Below, piece after piece: positions 14,500 through 28,588 of a DNA stretch of 64,000 bases; within the stretch, counting starts at the first letter, position 1, and every line of letters begins with the position of its first letter. Source of the stretch: the human T2T-CHM13v2.0 reference genome, Homo sapiens; the NCBI RefSeq assembly GCF_009914755.1, contig NC_060930.1; one strand, written 5' to 3'. The translations under genes were made by a program, and so were the position numbers. Below the pieces are notes generated by a model, which had not been told where the DNA came from, ran no database searches, and saw only the letters and a list, made by a program, of their open reading frames with translations.

Positions 14500-14932
14500 T
14501 TTGGAAGGAAGGAAGGAAGAGGGGGAGGAAACGAGACATGAAAGGAGTAAGAGAGAAAAGGAAGGAAGGGAGGGAGAGATGAGTGAAGAAGGAAGGAAGG
14601 AAGGAAGGAAGGAAGGAAGGGCGGGCAGGAGGAAGGAAGGGAAGGAGGAAGGAAGGAAGGAAGGAAGGGAGGGCGGGCAGGAGGAAGGAAGGGAAGGAGG
14701 AAGGAAGGAAGGAAGGGAGGGCGGGCAGGAGGAAGGAAGGGAAGGAGGAAGGAAGGAAGGAAGGGAGGGCGGGCAGGAGGAAGGAAGGGAAGGAGGAAGG
14801 AAGGAAGGAAGGAAGGGAGGGCAGGCAGGAGGAAGGAAGGGAAGGAGGAAGGAAGGAAGGAAGGAAGGGAGGGCGGGCAGGAGGAAGGAAGGGAAGGAGG
14901 AAGGGAGGGAGGGAGGAAGGAAGGAAGGAAAA
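14500..14932. repeat. GGAA-rich polypurine tract containing a 6-copy 48/52-bp minisatellite
   Basis: Anchor gc(g/a)ggcagga at 14621, 14673, 14721, 14769, 14821, 14873. Confidence 0.9.
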
Positions 14933-17539
14933 TTTTTTCCCAGTCTCTCTAATGTTACTCCTTCCACACATGCCCCTTGGACCCACCCACCTTCCCCGCA
15001 ACACACATATATACCTTGTTGGGTCTAGTAGCATTGTCTCCTTCCGTGTTCTATGTTTCCCTTAACTTTCCTCCCCCACAAGCGTCTGTCTTACTTAAAG
15101 CCACTTTTCTTCAAAACTTTTTGCTCTTCACAATTTTGCTGTTTAGCCTCTGCCTCTGTAACAATATGAACACTTTTACCTGTCTGTCTTTAACAAAACC
15201 CCAAAGGACTACACCTCCTGAAATTCTCTCCCTCTAGTTTCTACATCGAGATTCCTAGTTGCAAGCATTAGAAGTTAATTCTGGTGAATAATACAGAAAA
15301 AAAATTGTTTTTAAAAATTGAGTAGTTGACAGAATCTTTGGAAGGGCTGAAGAACCAGGTTGAGGCCAAAGCTCCCGGAAATACTGCCCCAAACCAGCTC
15401 TTAAGAACAGCCTTAGGCAACTACCATTTTGTTCACACTTCGACCACATGCAACAGTCTGAATTCCTACCACTAATTCAACTCTACTGCAAGGACAGTAC
15501 TGGTACCACTTCTGACAGAGACTAAGTTTTGCAGGCACCACTGTGTGCAAAACTCCAATGCTGTTGCTTTCTCCTTTGCCAGCAAAATGGATGCACATAA
15601 ACCTCTTCCTCAGCATTGCTTACTTCAGAACTGAAATCTCATACAAGTGCAATTGATTAGTGAACCCAATAGCTTCTCAGTGAAAATCAGGTGAATAACA
15701 AAAAGTATGTATCAATTACAAGAATTATAAATTAGAATCATTATTATTAACTCCTGACACACAGAGCAACTTAGACTTTCTTTGCCTCCATTTGAATTAC
15801 AGTCACACCCAGAGCCCAACATGTCTATGGCTCTATTACTGTTGTATACTTCCTGGATGAGCAGAGAAAATTCTATCAGCTACCAACTGGCACATATAGA
15901 TTGGAATTTGTTTTTTAAACTTACGCCCAAGTCAGCTTCCTCCATGCTATGCCCATATGCTACCCCAGATGTTGTGCCTGTTTCATTTTAGAGGTTATTA
16001 TGCTTGCCTTGTCTTTGCTTGCAGAACATCTATGCCTACACAATAATAATTCCTGCAGTCAGAAACATTTGAAAAGTTCTATAATAGTGAAGTGATAGTT
16101 TTTAAAATTTGCATAAGTCATATCCATTCATGGCTCATGTTTTCCTTAACATACATTCTATATTAGCATCAAACCAATGCAATAAAAACTCATTAATCCA
16201 AGCCCCTCTCATTTGAAACTCAGTCCCCACTAATGACTCCTTGTTTCTGCTTCTGTTTTTTTTCTCTCACCTAGAATGCCTTTTTCATTCAACTCAAATT
16301 TATGTCTATCAGCTCCTTCCAAACTGAATTCAAGATTACCTATTCCAAAAGCCTTCTTCGATTAAACCCACCTGATTCTGATCTCTCCAGGGTGCTGTAC
16401 CCTATCAAGACTCATGAACTCTGTCTGTCCTTCACTTTTGCAGTTGTGAATGTGATGCTTTTATTGGTTTTATGTCATTTTCTATGTGTATGTTTTCTCC
16501 CCAGCTAGGGAATGAGCTCCTAGGGAGAAGGGGCCACATCTTCTGCTTCCTGTATTTCCCACCCCTAGAGCCTACCTCTGAACTACCCCTTGAAGAGGTG
16601 CCCTGGACATGCCTTCAGAGAGCAAAGATATACTCAGGGTAAAGGCAGAAAGTGCAAAATGCAATCCATTCTCTTGATAATGATTTCAAACCTTAATCTT
16701 ACCAACAGTAGAAATATGCCACAGGGAACTAACAATATCTCCAATGTCATCTTTAAAGATGATGAGAAGCGATGAAGCCATATATGCAGCAGGCAACAAC
16801 TAAATTATTTAAACAGAAAGAAACTATGTGTAGGGATTTCAGCAGTGAATCTCTGTTGTGATCGCTGACAGGAAACTTACTACACATCTTGATGAATTGT
16901 CATAACCCAAGTTGCTAAGAGAATAACATGTGGAATCTTTCATTCCACCAATACAAAGAAACAATGCCTCCACTTTGTGGGGCTGAAATTTTTAAAAAGC
17001 TACTTTTTTGTAAATTATCTGTTTGGCAATTTTTTATTATATATAATTTATAACTTTTTTCCAAAATAAACTCATAAAATGACATTTTTGTGAGACAACA
17101 TGAAATTTAAACTCTGAGAAGATACTTGATGATTTTAAGAATTTTTTTGTCAATTTGAGGGACTTTCGTAATGGTATCATGGTTGTATTTTAGCAAAAGT
17201 TCTCATCTTTTAGTAACACACAACTGAAATTCTTACAGATGAAATAATGGCTGTGATTTACTTCATATAATTAAAAATTCCTATATATACATAAGTTTAA
17301 TTATTAGAACACCCTGTAAATAGATGTTGTTTTGCTTAGTTTATAAATGAAGAAATAGGTTTAGAGAAGTTGTTTCTTGCCTGAGGTCACACAGCTAGTA
17401 ATTGGCAAAGTAGGAATTCAGACTGAGAACTTATTGACATTAAATACTTCTTCTTCCTGTAGGAGACCATAGGGGAGGGTCTAGGGCTAGCAGAGAATCT
17501 CCATCTTCCTAACTCATGAATTCCATGGTTGCTCCAGAC

Positions 17540-19270
17540 TTTGACATTTTTCAGCCAGAAGGAAGGAGGAAATAGAAGTCCACAGCAAACAATCCTCTCT
17601 AAGTGGCAAAGTTAAAGATGTACTGTTACTTCTACTCACACCCCATAATCTATAGTTTATTTGCATGGCTGTTCCTAGCTGCAAGGGAGGCTGGCAGAGG
17701 TAGTCTCTCTATCTGTGCAACCACGTGCCCAGCAAAAACACAGACAGTTCCATATTCAAGAGGAAAAAGTGGAGAACTGACACTGAATAGTACTCAATAA
17801 ACCTCTGGCCAATCAAGTTTCCATGTTAACCCTTGTTCCTGCATACAGAACACACTCACCCCCTGACCCAAAGAGGTAACTCAAAACCCATTCTGACATT
17901 GCAGCCAGTTGAGAGCCCACATTCTGGGGGTGATATGCTGTCCTTCTCGTAATGTTTAGATGTACCTTGTCAATCTCTAGGGACCTATAAACCAAATGAC
18001 AAGGTATCTGCTTCCCAACATCTAATAAGCAAATAAAGAGCAATGGAATAGAAAAACCATACTAATCACTCCCATATGGAAAAGGGAAGAATAGAGGATC
18101 AACCAATCATGGCAACTATCAAATCCTCCTTGATAGGAACCACAGATACTCTCTGCAACATCCATGACCTAAGTTCCTCGATTGTTCCTTTCCACAGTCC
18201 CTTGTTTTGTTCTCTTGAAGTAACTAATTGGTCATTGCCCAGGGTCCTTGGCTTTGTTCTCTAGGACAGGAGTTGCTAAACTTTATTTGTTTTTACAGGG
18301 CCATAAAAGAAATATTTTAGACTTCATGAGCTCCATATAGTATCTGCTGCATATCTTTCCTTTCTTATTATTTTCTTTTATCTTTTATAATTTTTTCAAA
18401 CTGTAAAAACCATTCTTAGCTCCCAGGCCACAGAAAATAAGACCCAGATCTATTTATAATTTATTTTTATTTTTATTTTTATTTTTATTTTTATTTTATC
18501 TAGTTTGAGGGCCACAGTTGGCCAACATCTGCTCTGAAGATTTTCTTTCTCCACTTTCACCATGGCCCTATACACACTGGGTGTTGGAGAATATGCTCTG
18601 CTTGAGAACTACACAATTTTTAGACTATTTCCTCTTCATACAGTTTAGGAAACCCATTAGTTGTGTTAGGTATTGAAACATCACAGAATTTCCAGGCCCA
18701 TCATTGGTTACTTTGGCAATACAGTTTCCCCCAAAACATACTAGCTTTCTAATCTATTTGCTTTTCAGTCAGTTCTGTGCAAAAGTAAACACAGGCAGAG
18801 CTCTCTTCTGGGTTTTAAGCTTACACTCTCCTCTGTCAGTCACTGACTTCTGTGTTTATTCCATCGTTCTCTTCCTCAGTTTCATGGAAGCTGTCCCATA
18901 ACCATCTGAAACAATAGGCTGGCCAGTACCTTTAACCTGATCTTTCCTGCTAGAAATCCCTAGGCAACAATCTGTTTGCTTGCTGTTTGGTGGACAAAAG
19001 AAGTTGGCTTGTTTAAAACTGCTGAGCTCCCACTCCTTTTAGATTGTAGGCCATAGGGAGAGAGAGCCTCTCTTAACAAATTTCTATTGCTTCCCATCTC
19101 CACCTGCAAAATGGCCAGCCCTTACTTGAACTGAGCCTTCTTATGCAGTAGTTTCTACAAAAACCAAAAAGCAGCCAAAACGCAACATACTACCTTTTCT
19201 AGTCACTTCTCCTAGAACCATCAGCTGCAGAGGCAGGTGATCTGCCTTCCAAAGTACCACGGGAGAGTTT
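17540..19270 (-). mobile_element. Old MaLR (MLT1J-like LTR plus probable internal sequence)
   Basis: catggctgttcctagctgcaagggaggctggcagaggtagtct MLT1J-type motif followed by degenerate internal-like sequence; boundaries approximate. Confidence 0.4.
18267..18530. mobile_element. MER58-type hAT DNA transposon with internal (TTTTA)n
   Basis: Terminal inverted repeats caggagttgctaaac...gttggccaacatctg; aaaaaccattcttagctc core. Confidence 0.65.
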
Positions 19271-19475
19271 TGCCTTTCAAAAAAAAAATAGTTCTATAAT
19301 TAAAAGAGCAGTTAAAAAGGATTCCATTGATGTGCATCACAAAACACCTGAAGATCAGGTAACTTCCTGGTAGAAGACTTGGAGTTTCATAGAGTGAAGA
19401 GAAGAGAGGCTATGTGTAGGCTATGTGTTCTTGTGATTTGGTTCAGATAAAAGTGTTTCTCTGTCAGTGCTACAG

Positions 19476-19877
19476 AATTAATGGTTTGAATGTTTGTGTT
19501 TACCCCAAAATTTATGTTGAAACTTAATCCCCAATGCAAAAGTATAAGAAAAGAGGCCTTTAGGAGATAATTAGGCCATGAGGACTTTATTCTAATCAAC
19601 GAAGTTAGTGCCTTATAAAAGGGCTGGAGGTAAATAGCTAGACCCTTTTATGCCCTTCTGTCCCTTCTACCATGTAAGGACACAGCATCCATCTTCTTCT
19701 CCAAAGGACACAGCAACAAGTCACCATCTTAAAAGCAGAGAGACACTGAACCTCTTGGCACTTTGATCCTGGACTTCCATCCCCCAGTTCCTCCAGAACT
19801 GTGAGAAATAAATTTCTATTATTTATAAATTGCTCAGTCTTAGGTATTTTGTTATTGCAACAGGGACAGACTGAAAT
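19476..19877 (+). mobile_element. MaLR LTR (MSTD/MLT1A-like)
   Basis: atggtttgaatgtttgtg...ccccaaaatttatgttgaaacttaatcccc...ctccagaactgtgagaaataaatttct. Confidence 0.75.
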
Positions 19878-20381
19878 AGATTGGAAGTCTGTTGTTTTTT
19901 GTTTTTTCACGCCTCTTGTTCAGGATCATTGGTGCAAACCCATTCCTACAACTCTAAGAACAGTACTTACCCATTTTTGCAAGACTTTTAGTTGTTCTTT
20001 AGGTGAGCTTCCTGAGTCATGGAAGATAACCTAAAGAGAGAAGCAGAGAAGGGGGCAAGGTTCAAGACCAAGGGAGAAACTGCAGACCACTTATCATGCC
20101 TGCTTTAGTTCCTTTATATACCGAATGTTTTGCCACAGCTTAGCAAGCACTTGTAGCCACACATTATGAATGTTATATGTCTGGCCTACTATTAACACTT
20201 GTTCCAGGAAAAAGTGGAAGGACCACAAGGTTTTTGTACAGGATATAATATCATGAGATCCATCCCTTAGCAAAATAAGTGTGGACCCTGGGAAGAGGAT
20301 AAACAGAAATGGAGAAAGAAGAATTTTCAAAAAACACCTGAAATAAGATGAAGGCAGGAGGAACAGAAAAGAGAGAGATGG

Positions 20382-20746
<365 letters not shown>

Positions 20747-21089
20747 TTAGGCAAAGTGGACATACTTTGCCTGGGTAACAGAAAGGACAAGGTACCATTA
20801 AGAGAAACAATAAGGGCAAGGTACCAGATAGAAATTACTTTACGGAAAAGAAAAGGAGTTCTAGTTTGGAAACAGTAAGGTTAAATTGCTAGTGAGCAAC
20901 CTAGAAACAGATGTTGAGCACAGCTTTAAATAAAATTCTAAAATTCATGAAGTAAGCAAAGGTGAGCAATAGAGATTGAGAAGCCATATGAAAGGAGATG
21001 ATGTCTGCTGTTATGAAAGTAAATAAGATTTCTGAAAGAAAGATAAGTGAAAGAAGATGGCCCTGAAAAACGCTTACATTTGGATAAAA

Positions 21090-21545
21090 AATTATTGTGG
21101 TATATGGATAGAATAGAATACCACTAGGTAGTAAAAAGGAATGAACTACTAACACACGGGATAACTTGGATGAATTGCAAAATAAGTATGCTGACTGGAA
21201 GAATCCAAAGAAAAAAAGAGTACATAGGTATGATTCCATTTATATAAAATTCTACAAAAGGCACACAAATCTGTAGTGACAGAAAGCAGATCTGTGCTTG
21301 GCCAGGGTGGGGGAAAATGGACCACAAAAGGCACAAGGGAAACTTTTGAGATGATGGACATGTTCCCTATCACTTCTTGACCTTTTGGCTAAGATCAAGT
21401 GTGAAAATGTTCTCTAGTGGGATTGTAGTGGTGGCTACCCAGGTATACACATTTGCCAAAACTCATAGAACTGTACAATTTAAACAGGAACACTTCGTTA
21501 TATGTAATTTATACCTCAACAAAATTCACTTAAAAGAAATAAAAG
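21090..21545 (+). mobile_element. Old L1M (L1MC/ME) 3'UTR fragment hosting a U2 copy
   Basis: atgattccatttatataaaattct...gatgatgg...gattgtagtggtgg...tatacctcaacaaa pattern. Confidence 0.7.
21369..21402 (+). pseudogene. U2 snRNA 5' fragment (nt 1-34), tailless retropseudogene
   Basis: atcacttcttgaccttttggctaagatcaagtgt versus U2 ATCGCTTCTCGGCCTTTTGGCTAAGATCAAGTGT (31/34); degenerate flanking repeat ggacatgttccct/gaaaatgttctct. Confidence 0.88.
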
Positions 21546-21607
21546 CTTATATTTAGTGGTTACAAGGAGGAAAAAAAGGACAGAAAGGATTTCAAAAGGA
21601 AGTGTTC

Positions 21608-22371
21608 TGTTGAATTAAGTTTAGCCTAAAGCTGTTTCCTTACATATTTTAAGTTCAACCTAAAGATCTCTCCCTACATAATGAACCGTACCTAACTGGA
21701 TGTGTAAACAGACTGTAACCTACTCTTGTGCCAATCATCGAGTTTCAACCACTCACAAGTGGCCATCTGTTCAAACTGTGTTCAAATAAGGCAAACACTG
21801 AGCTGTCACCTATATGGCAGTTTCTGTTCCTCAATTCCACTTTCTGTACATCACTTTTCTTTTTCTGTCCATAAATCTTCTTCCACCGTGATATGGTTTA
21901 GCTGTGTCCTCACCCAAATCTCATCTTGAATTGTAGCTCCCACAATTCCCATGTGTCATGGGAGGGACCCAGTGAGAGGCAACGGAATCACAGTGGGGAG
22001 TCTTTCCCATGCTGTTCTAATGATAGTGAGTGAGTCTCACGAGATCTGATGGTTTTATAAAAGGGAGATCCCCTGCACAAGTTCTCTCTTGCCTGCCACC
22101 ATATAAGACATGCCTTTCACCTTCTGCCATGATTGTGAGGCCTCCCCAGCCATGTGGAACTGTGAGTCCATTGAACCTCTTTTTCTTTATAAATTACCCA
22201 AGCTCAAGTATGTCTTTATCAGCAGCCTGAGAACAGACTAATATACCCCACATGGCTGCACTGGAGTGTCTCTGAGCCTACTCTGGCTCAGGAGGCTGCC
22301 AGATTCATGAATCTTTCTTTGCTCAATTAAACTCTGTTAAATTTAATTTGTCTAAGGTTGTTCTTTTATCA
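21608..22371 (+). mobile_element. MER57-like ERV1 solo LTR, split by THE1
   Basis: tgttgaattaagtttagcctaaagctg start, ends ttttatca; near-TSD gttc/attc. Confidence 0.7.
21889..22245 (+). mobile_element. THE1 (B/C-like) MaLR solo LTR
   Basis: tgatatggtttagctgtgtcctcacccaaatctcatcttgaattgtagctccc...gaacagactaatata. Confidence 0.88.
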
Positions 22372-22376
22372 ATTCA

Positions 22377-22775
<399 letters not shown>

Positions 22776-25700
22776 TCAAGAACCAGATGGGGCAATCAGA
22801 GGTCCACTTTTGACTGCCAGAAGATTTGTTTTAATAGAGAGGGTAGAGGAAGAATCTAGATTTCAAGGAGCTAAAAGTTAATTGGTGGTGAAGAAATAAA
22901 GGAAATGATGCAAGACTTCTCTCATAGTGAAGAGCAATGCAGATATGGAATCATAGCTTGAAGAGTAGAAGGATCAAGGGAAGATTTTCAGTGTGAGAGA
23001 AAGGTGTCCTATCTAGAAGACAAGGAGCGACAGCTTTGAAGAATGGAGAAATGGCAAATGTAGGTAAAGAAAATGAGTAACTTTTTCTTACAATGAGTAA
23101 GTTTGTGACAAAGCAAAGAGGAAATAACAACAAGAGGTCAAAGAGAACATTTGCCTATGCAAGAGGCAGACCATGAGTTAAGAAGGTAAGAAGGGGAAGT
23201 CACAATATAGACAGAGCTCTTCAGGTAAACAGGAGGAAAGTGAAGGAACTCATACCAAAGGGTTTGAAACATCTTGTCAGCATAAAAAGCAGGGTCCTCC
23301 ATTAAAATTAAGAAAGTAATCTCAGTAAAAGCCTGAAAGAAGTGGAGAACTATGAGAATCTTTGCTAAGGGGATTTCCATCAAAAAGTGTTTCTCCAACT
23401 CCAATATGCATAAAAATCACCTTAGTTTTTTAATAAAGTGCAGATATCTATTCAGTACCAGACCTAACACTGCATTTCTTTAATCAAGTTCTCTGGGAAT
23501 GCTGTTAACCATAATCTAGATGGAGGCCAGAGGAAACCTTCTAGCTATAAGCAAAAGGACTGTGGAGTAGCAGTAGGGTTTCAGGGTGGGAGTAGTCACA
23601 TGAATATATAGTAATCTCCCCACTAAATGTTAAACTTCAAGAACGCAGAAATTCTTGCTACTATGTTCTAACATCGGGCACCATGTTTGGCACATAGAAG
23701 GATCTGAATAAATACGTACTGAACGAATGAAAGAATGAGTAGGTTCTCTCTCAGGGAAAGTGGGCAGTGGCAATTACCCAGAGTTGGAGAATCAAAGACA
23801 GAATTGACAGAAGAACAAGGAGGAAGGGAAAGATATAAGAGCAAATACAAAGGAAATGGCTGCCCATGGGATCCAGGTAGAGAGAAGAGGTAATTGCTGT
23901 CAATACAGGGGAATTAACTGAGAGATGTGGAAAGAGCTGCAAAATTGGAGATTCCAATAAGATAAAAGTCAGGTAAGAGGAAATTAAAGAGATAGATATT
24001 TGAAAGAATAAAATTTGCAATCCAAGAGAGCTATATTTCAGTGCATAAGAACTTGACAATAAAGAAGTTTCAAATGAGGGTTAAAGCCTGGCTGAAAGAC
24101 AGCTTATCATGAACTGATGAGGCTGAGAAATTTTTTAATAAATTTTCTTAGATCACATGTCTAAAAGGACATGAAGGTTAAGCGTAGCAGCCAGCATCTT
24201 TAATAACTAAACTCTCAGCAACAAATAGTTCCCACCCAGTTTAATTAGAATGCAGAAATACAATTTTAAAAATCTTATGCTATCAGCATAAGCATTGACT
24301 TGACTTAACTTGGGTAACATGTTCCTAGGTTTTACCAAAAATAATATCTGCTTAGGTGATAAGAACTTATATAGATGAGATCTGGTAATATTTCATGTCA
24401 TCTTGAGGCAAATTTATATGGCTCCATTAAAAACCTTCAAGGTTAAAAATCAGAATGCATAATGAAAATGCTAAAATGAAGAATGGCTATTGGCAAAAGT
24501 ATTAGGACACTGTGTTCTGTGAGAAAGGCATATGTGGGACAAATATTCAAAGAATCTTGATTTTCAAAATAATTCTTGATGCTTCCCCAAAAATTATTTT
24601 GCATCCCAAACGGTACTATAAATTAGTGAACTTTCCAGCTAATGTTGAAGTTAGTGTTGAAATCCTGTTATAAATGTTATCAAAAGGATGCAAGGTGGAA
24701 ATAGTCTCTGTAACAAAGTGCATGGAAAAGTGCCTTTGTGTATATGTGTGTGTGCACAGACCCACAGACAAGCATTGCAGATATGTACCTGGTCCTTATC
24801 CTTGCACACTAATGAAAAAAACAGAATCTCAAGCCTTTCTGGGGATGGGAAGGAGGAAGGAACAAAGGAGAAGAAAATGTCACTGTGTGCTGAAATTCTG
24901 GTATCTTCACCTCTGTTCCTTCATGTAATCCCTATATTTCATTCCCATCTAACTTGGTGAGAATTATTACTCTCATTTTGAATACACAGAAACTAAGGTT
25001 CAGATAAGTTAAATAACTTCCAAGGTCATACAGATACGAACCTACATAGCCAGTGTATCCCATCATTCCAAGGTTCTTTCTTCTCTGCCACACAACCTCC
25101 CAGTGTGATTTTAATTATTCTCACCCATTCCATAAATATACATTAACGTACTTAGACTCCAGGCACTGGAAACAAAGTGCCTTCATTTGAATAACACATG
25201 GTCCATGAATAACACATGGTTCACACCATGATCTTATATGCAAATAATGACAGCACAGTGCAGAGTGGGCAGGTAGAAAGTGGTGTGGGAGTCTGTGGGA
25301 AGACTGCCCAGCTACAGGCAGAGGGGTGATGAAAGCCTGAAGACAAATATCAGATATTTAAGCTGACACATAAAGGATTAGTTCACCTTGTGGGCTACAG
25401 GGAAAAGGGACTGACAGCCAGAGGAAACAAACTGGGTTTGTGTTCTGGGAGAAGCATACAGTTGAGATCGTTCAGAAAACAAGGCTCAAAGATGATGACA
25501 ATATCTAAGTACAAACTTATGGCCATTATTTACTATTCCTGAGCCTGAAGTGCCCCAGGTACATCTACGTCCCTGGGTATGCTGACCATGAGGTTGTTCC
25601 ACTTCTGAAATCTTTTACACGCTGGTGCCTATCATCCCAATACTTTTATTTTCGGAATTCCTAACAAGAGTCAGCATTGTGAACTCTTCTGGCGCAAGGT

Positions 25701-26149
25701 TTCTTGGTGGATAGCAAATTGTGATATCTTGTCAGTCTCTGAGCCCAGTAACTCAGGAGAAATTGGCTATCTATCCCTCAATTTTTGGATTCCTGAAAAA
25801 TTACAGGAAGCTCACAACTGTAATGATCTGTACAACAAAGTTTAAATTTGGTAAAAGAATTTAAAACTCTTAGGTGTATTAAACTAAGAAATTGAATGCA
25901 AACTTTTAAGACATGGTACCTGATCTCCAGGGGTTTAGTTGCAGTTACATTACAAAAGTACCTATTATGCATTTTTTCTGAGAAGTGTATTTCTCTAAAT
26001 TTTGTGTGAGATATAATAATATTGCCTTTTTAACAATGTTAAATAATAACATCTCTCTCTCAGTTGTCTTTACTAATAAGATTAATAAAATTTTGGCTGC
26101 TCTAACTTTTTATCTGACTAATGCTAGCCCTCTTAAATTATCAAGCCCA

Positions 26150-27735
26150 GAGAAGCATTGAAATGTGACAGCAATCATGTCTCATTCCCCTCTTGAGCTA
26201 AGTAATTATCTCTTGAAGCCACTTGCTATGTGCACTCTAGACTGGTGCCAAGCATCTATAAAACTAACCTAACAACACCATGCTCTGGACACCATAACTC
26301 ATACCCTAGAGTTCAACAATGTACAGACAACTACTAATCAATACTTTCCCTACAAGCCAGTGAGAAAGCCTGTCAAATAATTTAATATCAGCCCACTCCT
26401 TTTTCCTTTTTGCCTTTAAAAACCTGCTTGTATTCCTTTGGGTATATACCCAGTGATGGGATTGCTAGATCTAATGGTATTTCTGTCTTAAGGTCTTTGA
26501 GGAATCACCACACTATCTTCAACAATGGTAGAACTAATTTACACTCCCACCAACAGTGTATAAGCATTCCTTTTCTTTTTTTCCACAACCTCGCCAGCAT
26601 CTGTTATTTTTTGACTTTTTAATAATAGTCATTCTGACTGGTGTGAGATGGTATCTCATTGTGGTTTGGGTTTGGGTTTGCACTTCTCTAATAATCAGTG
26701 ATGTTGAGATTTTTTTCATACGCTTGTCAGCCACGTGTATGTCTTCTTTTGAGAAGTATCTGTTCATGTCCTTTACCCATTTTTAATGGGATTTTTTTCT
26801 TGTAAATTTAAGTTCCTTATAGATGCTAGATATTAGACCTTTGTCAGATGGACAGTTTGCAAAAAATTTTCTCCCACTCTATAGGTTTTCTGTGTACTCT
26901 GTTGATAGTTTCTTTTGCTGTGCTGTGCTATGCAGAAGCTCTTTAGTTTAATTGGATCCCATTTGTCAACTTTTGGTTGCAATCACTTTTGGCATCTTGT
27001 CATGAAATCTTTGTCCATGCCTATGTCCTGAATGACATTGCCTAGGCTGTCTTCCAGGGTTTTTATGGTTTTGAGTTTTTACATTTAAATCTTGAATCCA
27101 TCTTAGACACATACATGCATATGTTCATTGCAGCACTATTTGCAATAGCAAAGACATGGAATCAACCTCAATGACAGACTGAATAAAGAAAGTGTGGTAC
27201 AGACACACCATGGAATACTATGCAGCCGCACAAAAGAATGAGATTATGTCCTTTGCAGGGACATGGATGGAGCTGGAGGCCATTATCCTTAGCAAACTAA
27301 CACAGGAAGACAAAACCAAATACCACATGTTCTCACATAAAATAAGTGGGGGCTAAATGATGAGAACACATGGACACATAGAGGGGAACATCACACACTG
27401 GGGCCTGTTAGAGGGTGGAGAGTGGGAGGAAGGAGAAGATAGGGAAAAATAACTAATGGATACTAGGCTTAAGACATGGGTGATGCAATAATCTGCACAA
27501 CAACCCCCATGATACACTCTTACCTATGTAACAAACCTGCACATGTACCCATGAACTTAAAAGTTTGAAAAAAATTACAAATAAACATAAAATAAAAACC
27601 TGCTTGTGAGAGAGGCCAAGTGGAGCACTTTCTAAGGCAACTTGGAAATGTGCCCTGGGCAGCTATCCTCACTTTGCCTTAAGTAAACTATTTAAAATTA
27701 TATTTTGTGCCTCAGCTTCTCTATTTAGGTAAATA
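26150..27735 (+). mobile_element. Degenerate ERV-type solo LTR interrupted by an L1
   Basis: LTR-like sequence continues across the L1 TSD (gcctttaaaaacctgcttgt|gagagaggcc...agtaaactatttaaaattatattttgtgcctcag). Confidence 0.45.
26432..27592 (+). mobile_element. 5'-inverted (twin-primed) truncated L1PA13-16-like element
   Basis: 26432-27104 is antisense ORF2 3' sequence, 27105-27592 is sense ORF2 end, 3'UTR and A tail; TSD aaaaacctgcttgt at 26418-26431 and 27594-27607. Confidence 0.88.
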
Positions 27736-27999
27736 TTTTGGACATCTTTTTGATATGTTCATTGATTACTGGATTTCCACTTTTTTGAAATTTCATTTCC
27801 TGCCCCTTACCAACTTCAAGTTTGAGGCACTAATGCATTTCTTATCAGTTTTTGTTACCTATTGGTACTTGAATTATATAAAGCCTTTATTATATCAGTT
27901 AGGAATATTTTGTGAAACAAGAGAAGGTAAAGTTGATATTTGCCTATCTAAGTCCAACTAATTCATTCCGTATCATTTGAAACATTGCATCTTTTTTCT

Positions 28000-28210
28000 C
28001 TACTTTTTTTGATTGAGGTATAACATGCATATAGTAAAGTACACAAACATTAAGTGAAATTTTAGATATGCATACATCATGTACCCATGACCCGGATCTA
28101 GACACAGAACATTTCCAACACCCAGAAGCTTCACTTGGCCCTCCTGTTCGTGCACGCCCTCTCCCAAGAAATTCACTCTTCTAACTTCAATCACCATTGT
28201 CTATTTTTAC
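28000..28210 (-). mobile_element. Old L1M 3' end fragment
   Basis: tttttttgattgaggtataacatgcatatagtaaagtacacaaacattaagtg... Confidence 0.6.
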
Positions 28211-28298
28211 CATTATAAGCAATACTTTCATAACATCTCATTTCAAATGTTAACAAGTTAATAAAAACTTTCAGTAAAAGTAGCCTTTGCATCATTCT

Positions 28299-28588
28299 TT
28301 TTTTTTTTTTTTTAAATGGAGTTTCACTCTTGTTGCCTAGGCTGGAATGCAATGGCACAATCACTGCGACCTCCGCCTCCCGGGTTCAAGCTTTTCTCCT
28401 GCCTCAGCCTCCCAAGTAGCTGGGATTACAGGCATGCACCACCACACCCAGCTAATTTTGTATTTTTAGTACAGACAGGGTTTCTCCATGTTGGTCAGGC
28501 TGGTCTTGAACTCCCGACCTCAGGTGATCCACCTGCCTCAGCCTTCTGAAGTGCTGGGATTACAGGCATGAGCCACCGCGCCTGGCCC
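28299..28588 (-). mobile_element. AluSp/Sq-like
   Basis: gagtttcactcttgttgcc and caatggc diagnostics; TSD gcctttg(c/t)atcattct at 28283-28298 and 28589-28604. Confidence 0.9.

Noticed and set aside
14392-15065. ORFs of 160-204 aa on both strands
   Set aside because: Translations of the GGAA repeat (EGRK/PSFL runs); stop-free because of base composition
25188-25220. Short tandem duplication tgaataacacatggt (also agaattatctc x2 near 5774)
   Set aside because: Ordinary slippage micro-duplications
26534-26767. 77-aa ORF resembling the ORF2 C-terminus
   Set aside because: Fragment of the inverted part of a truncated old L1
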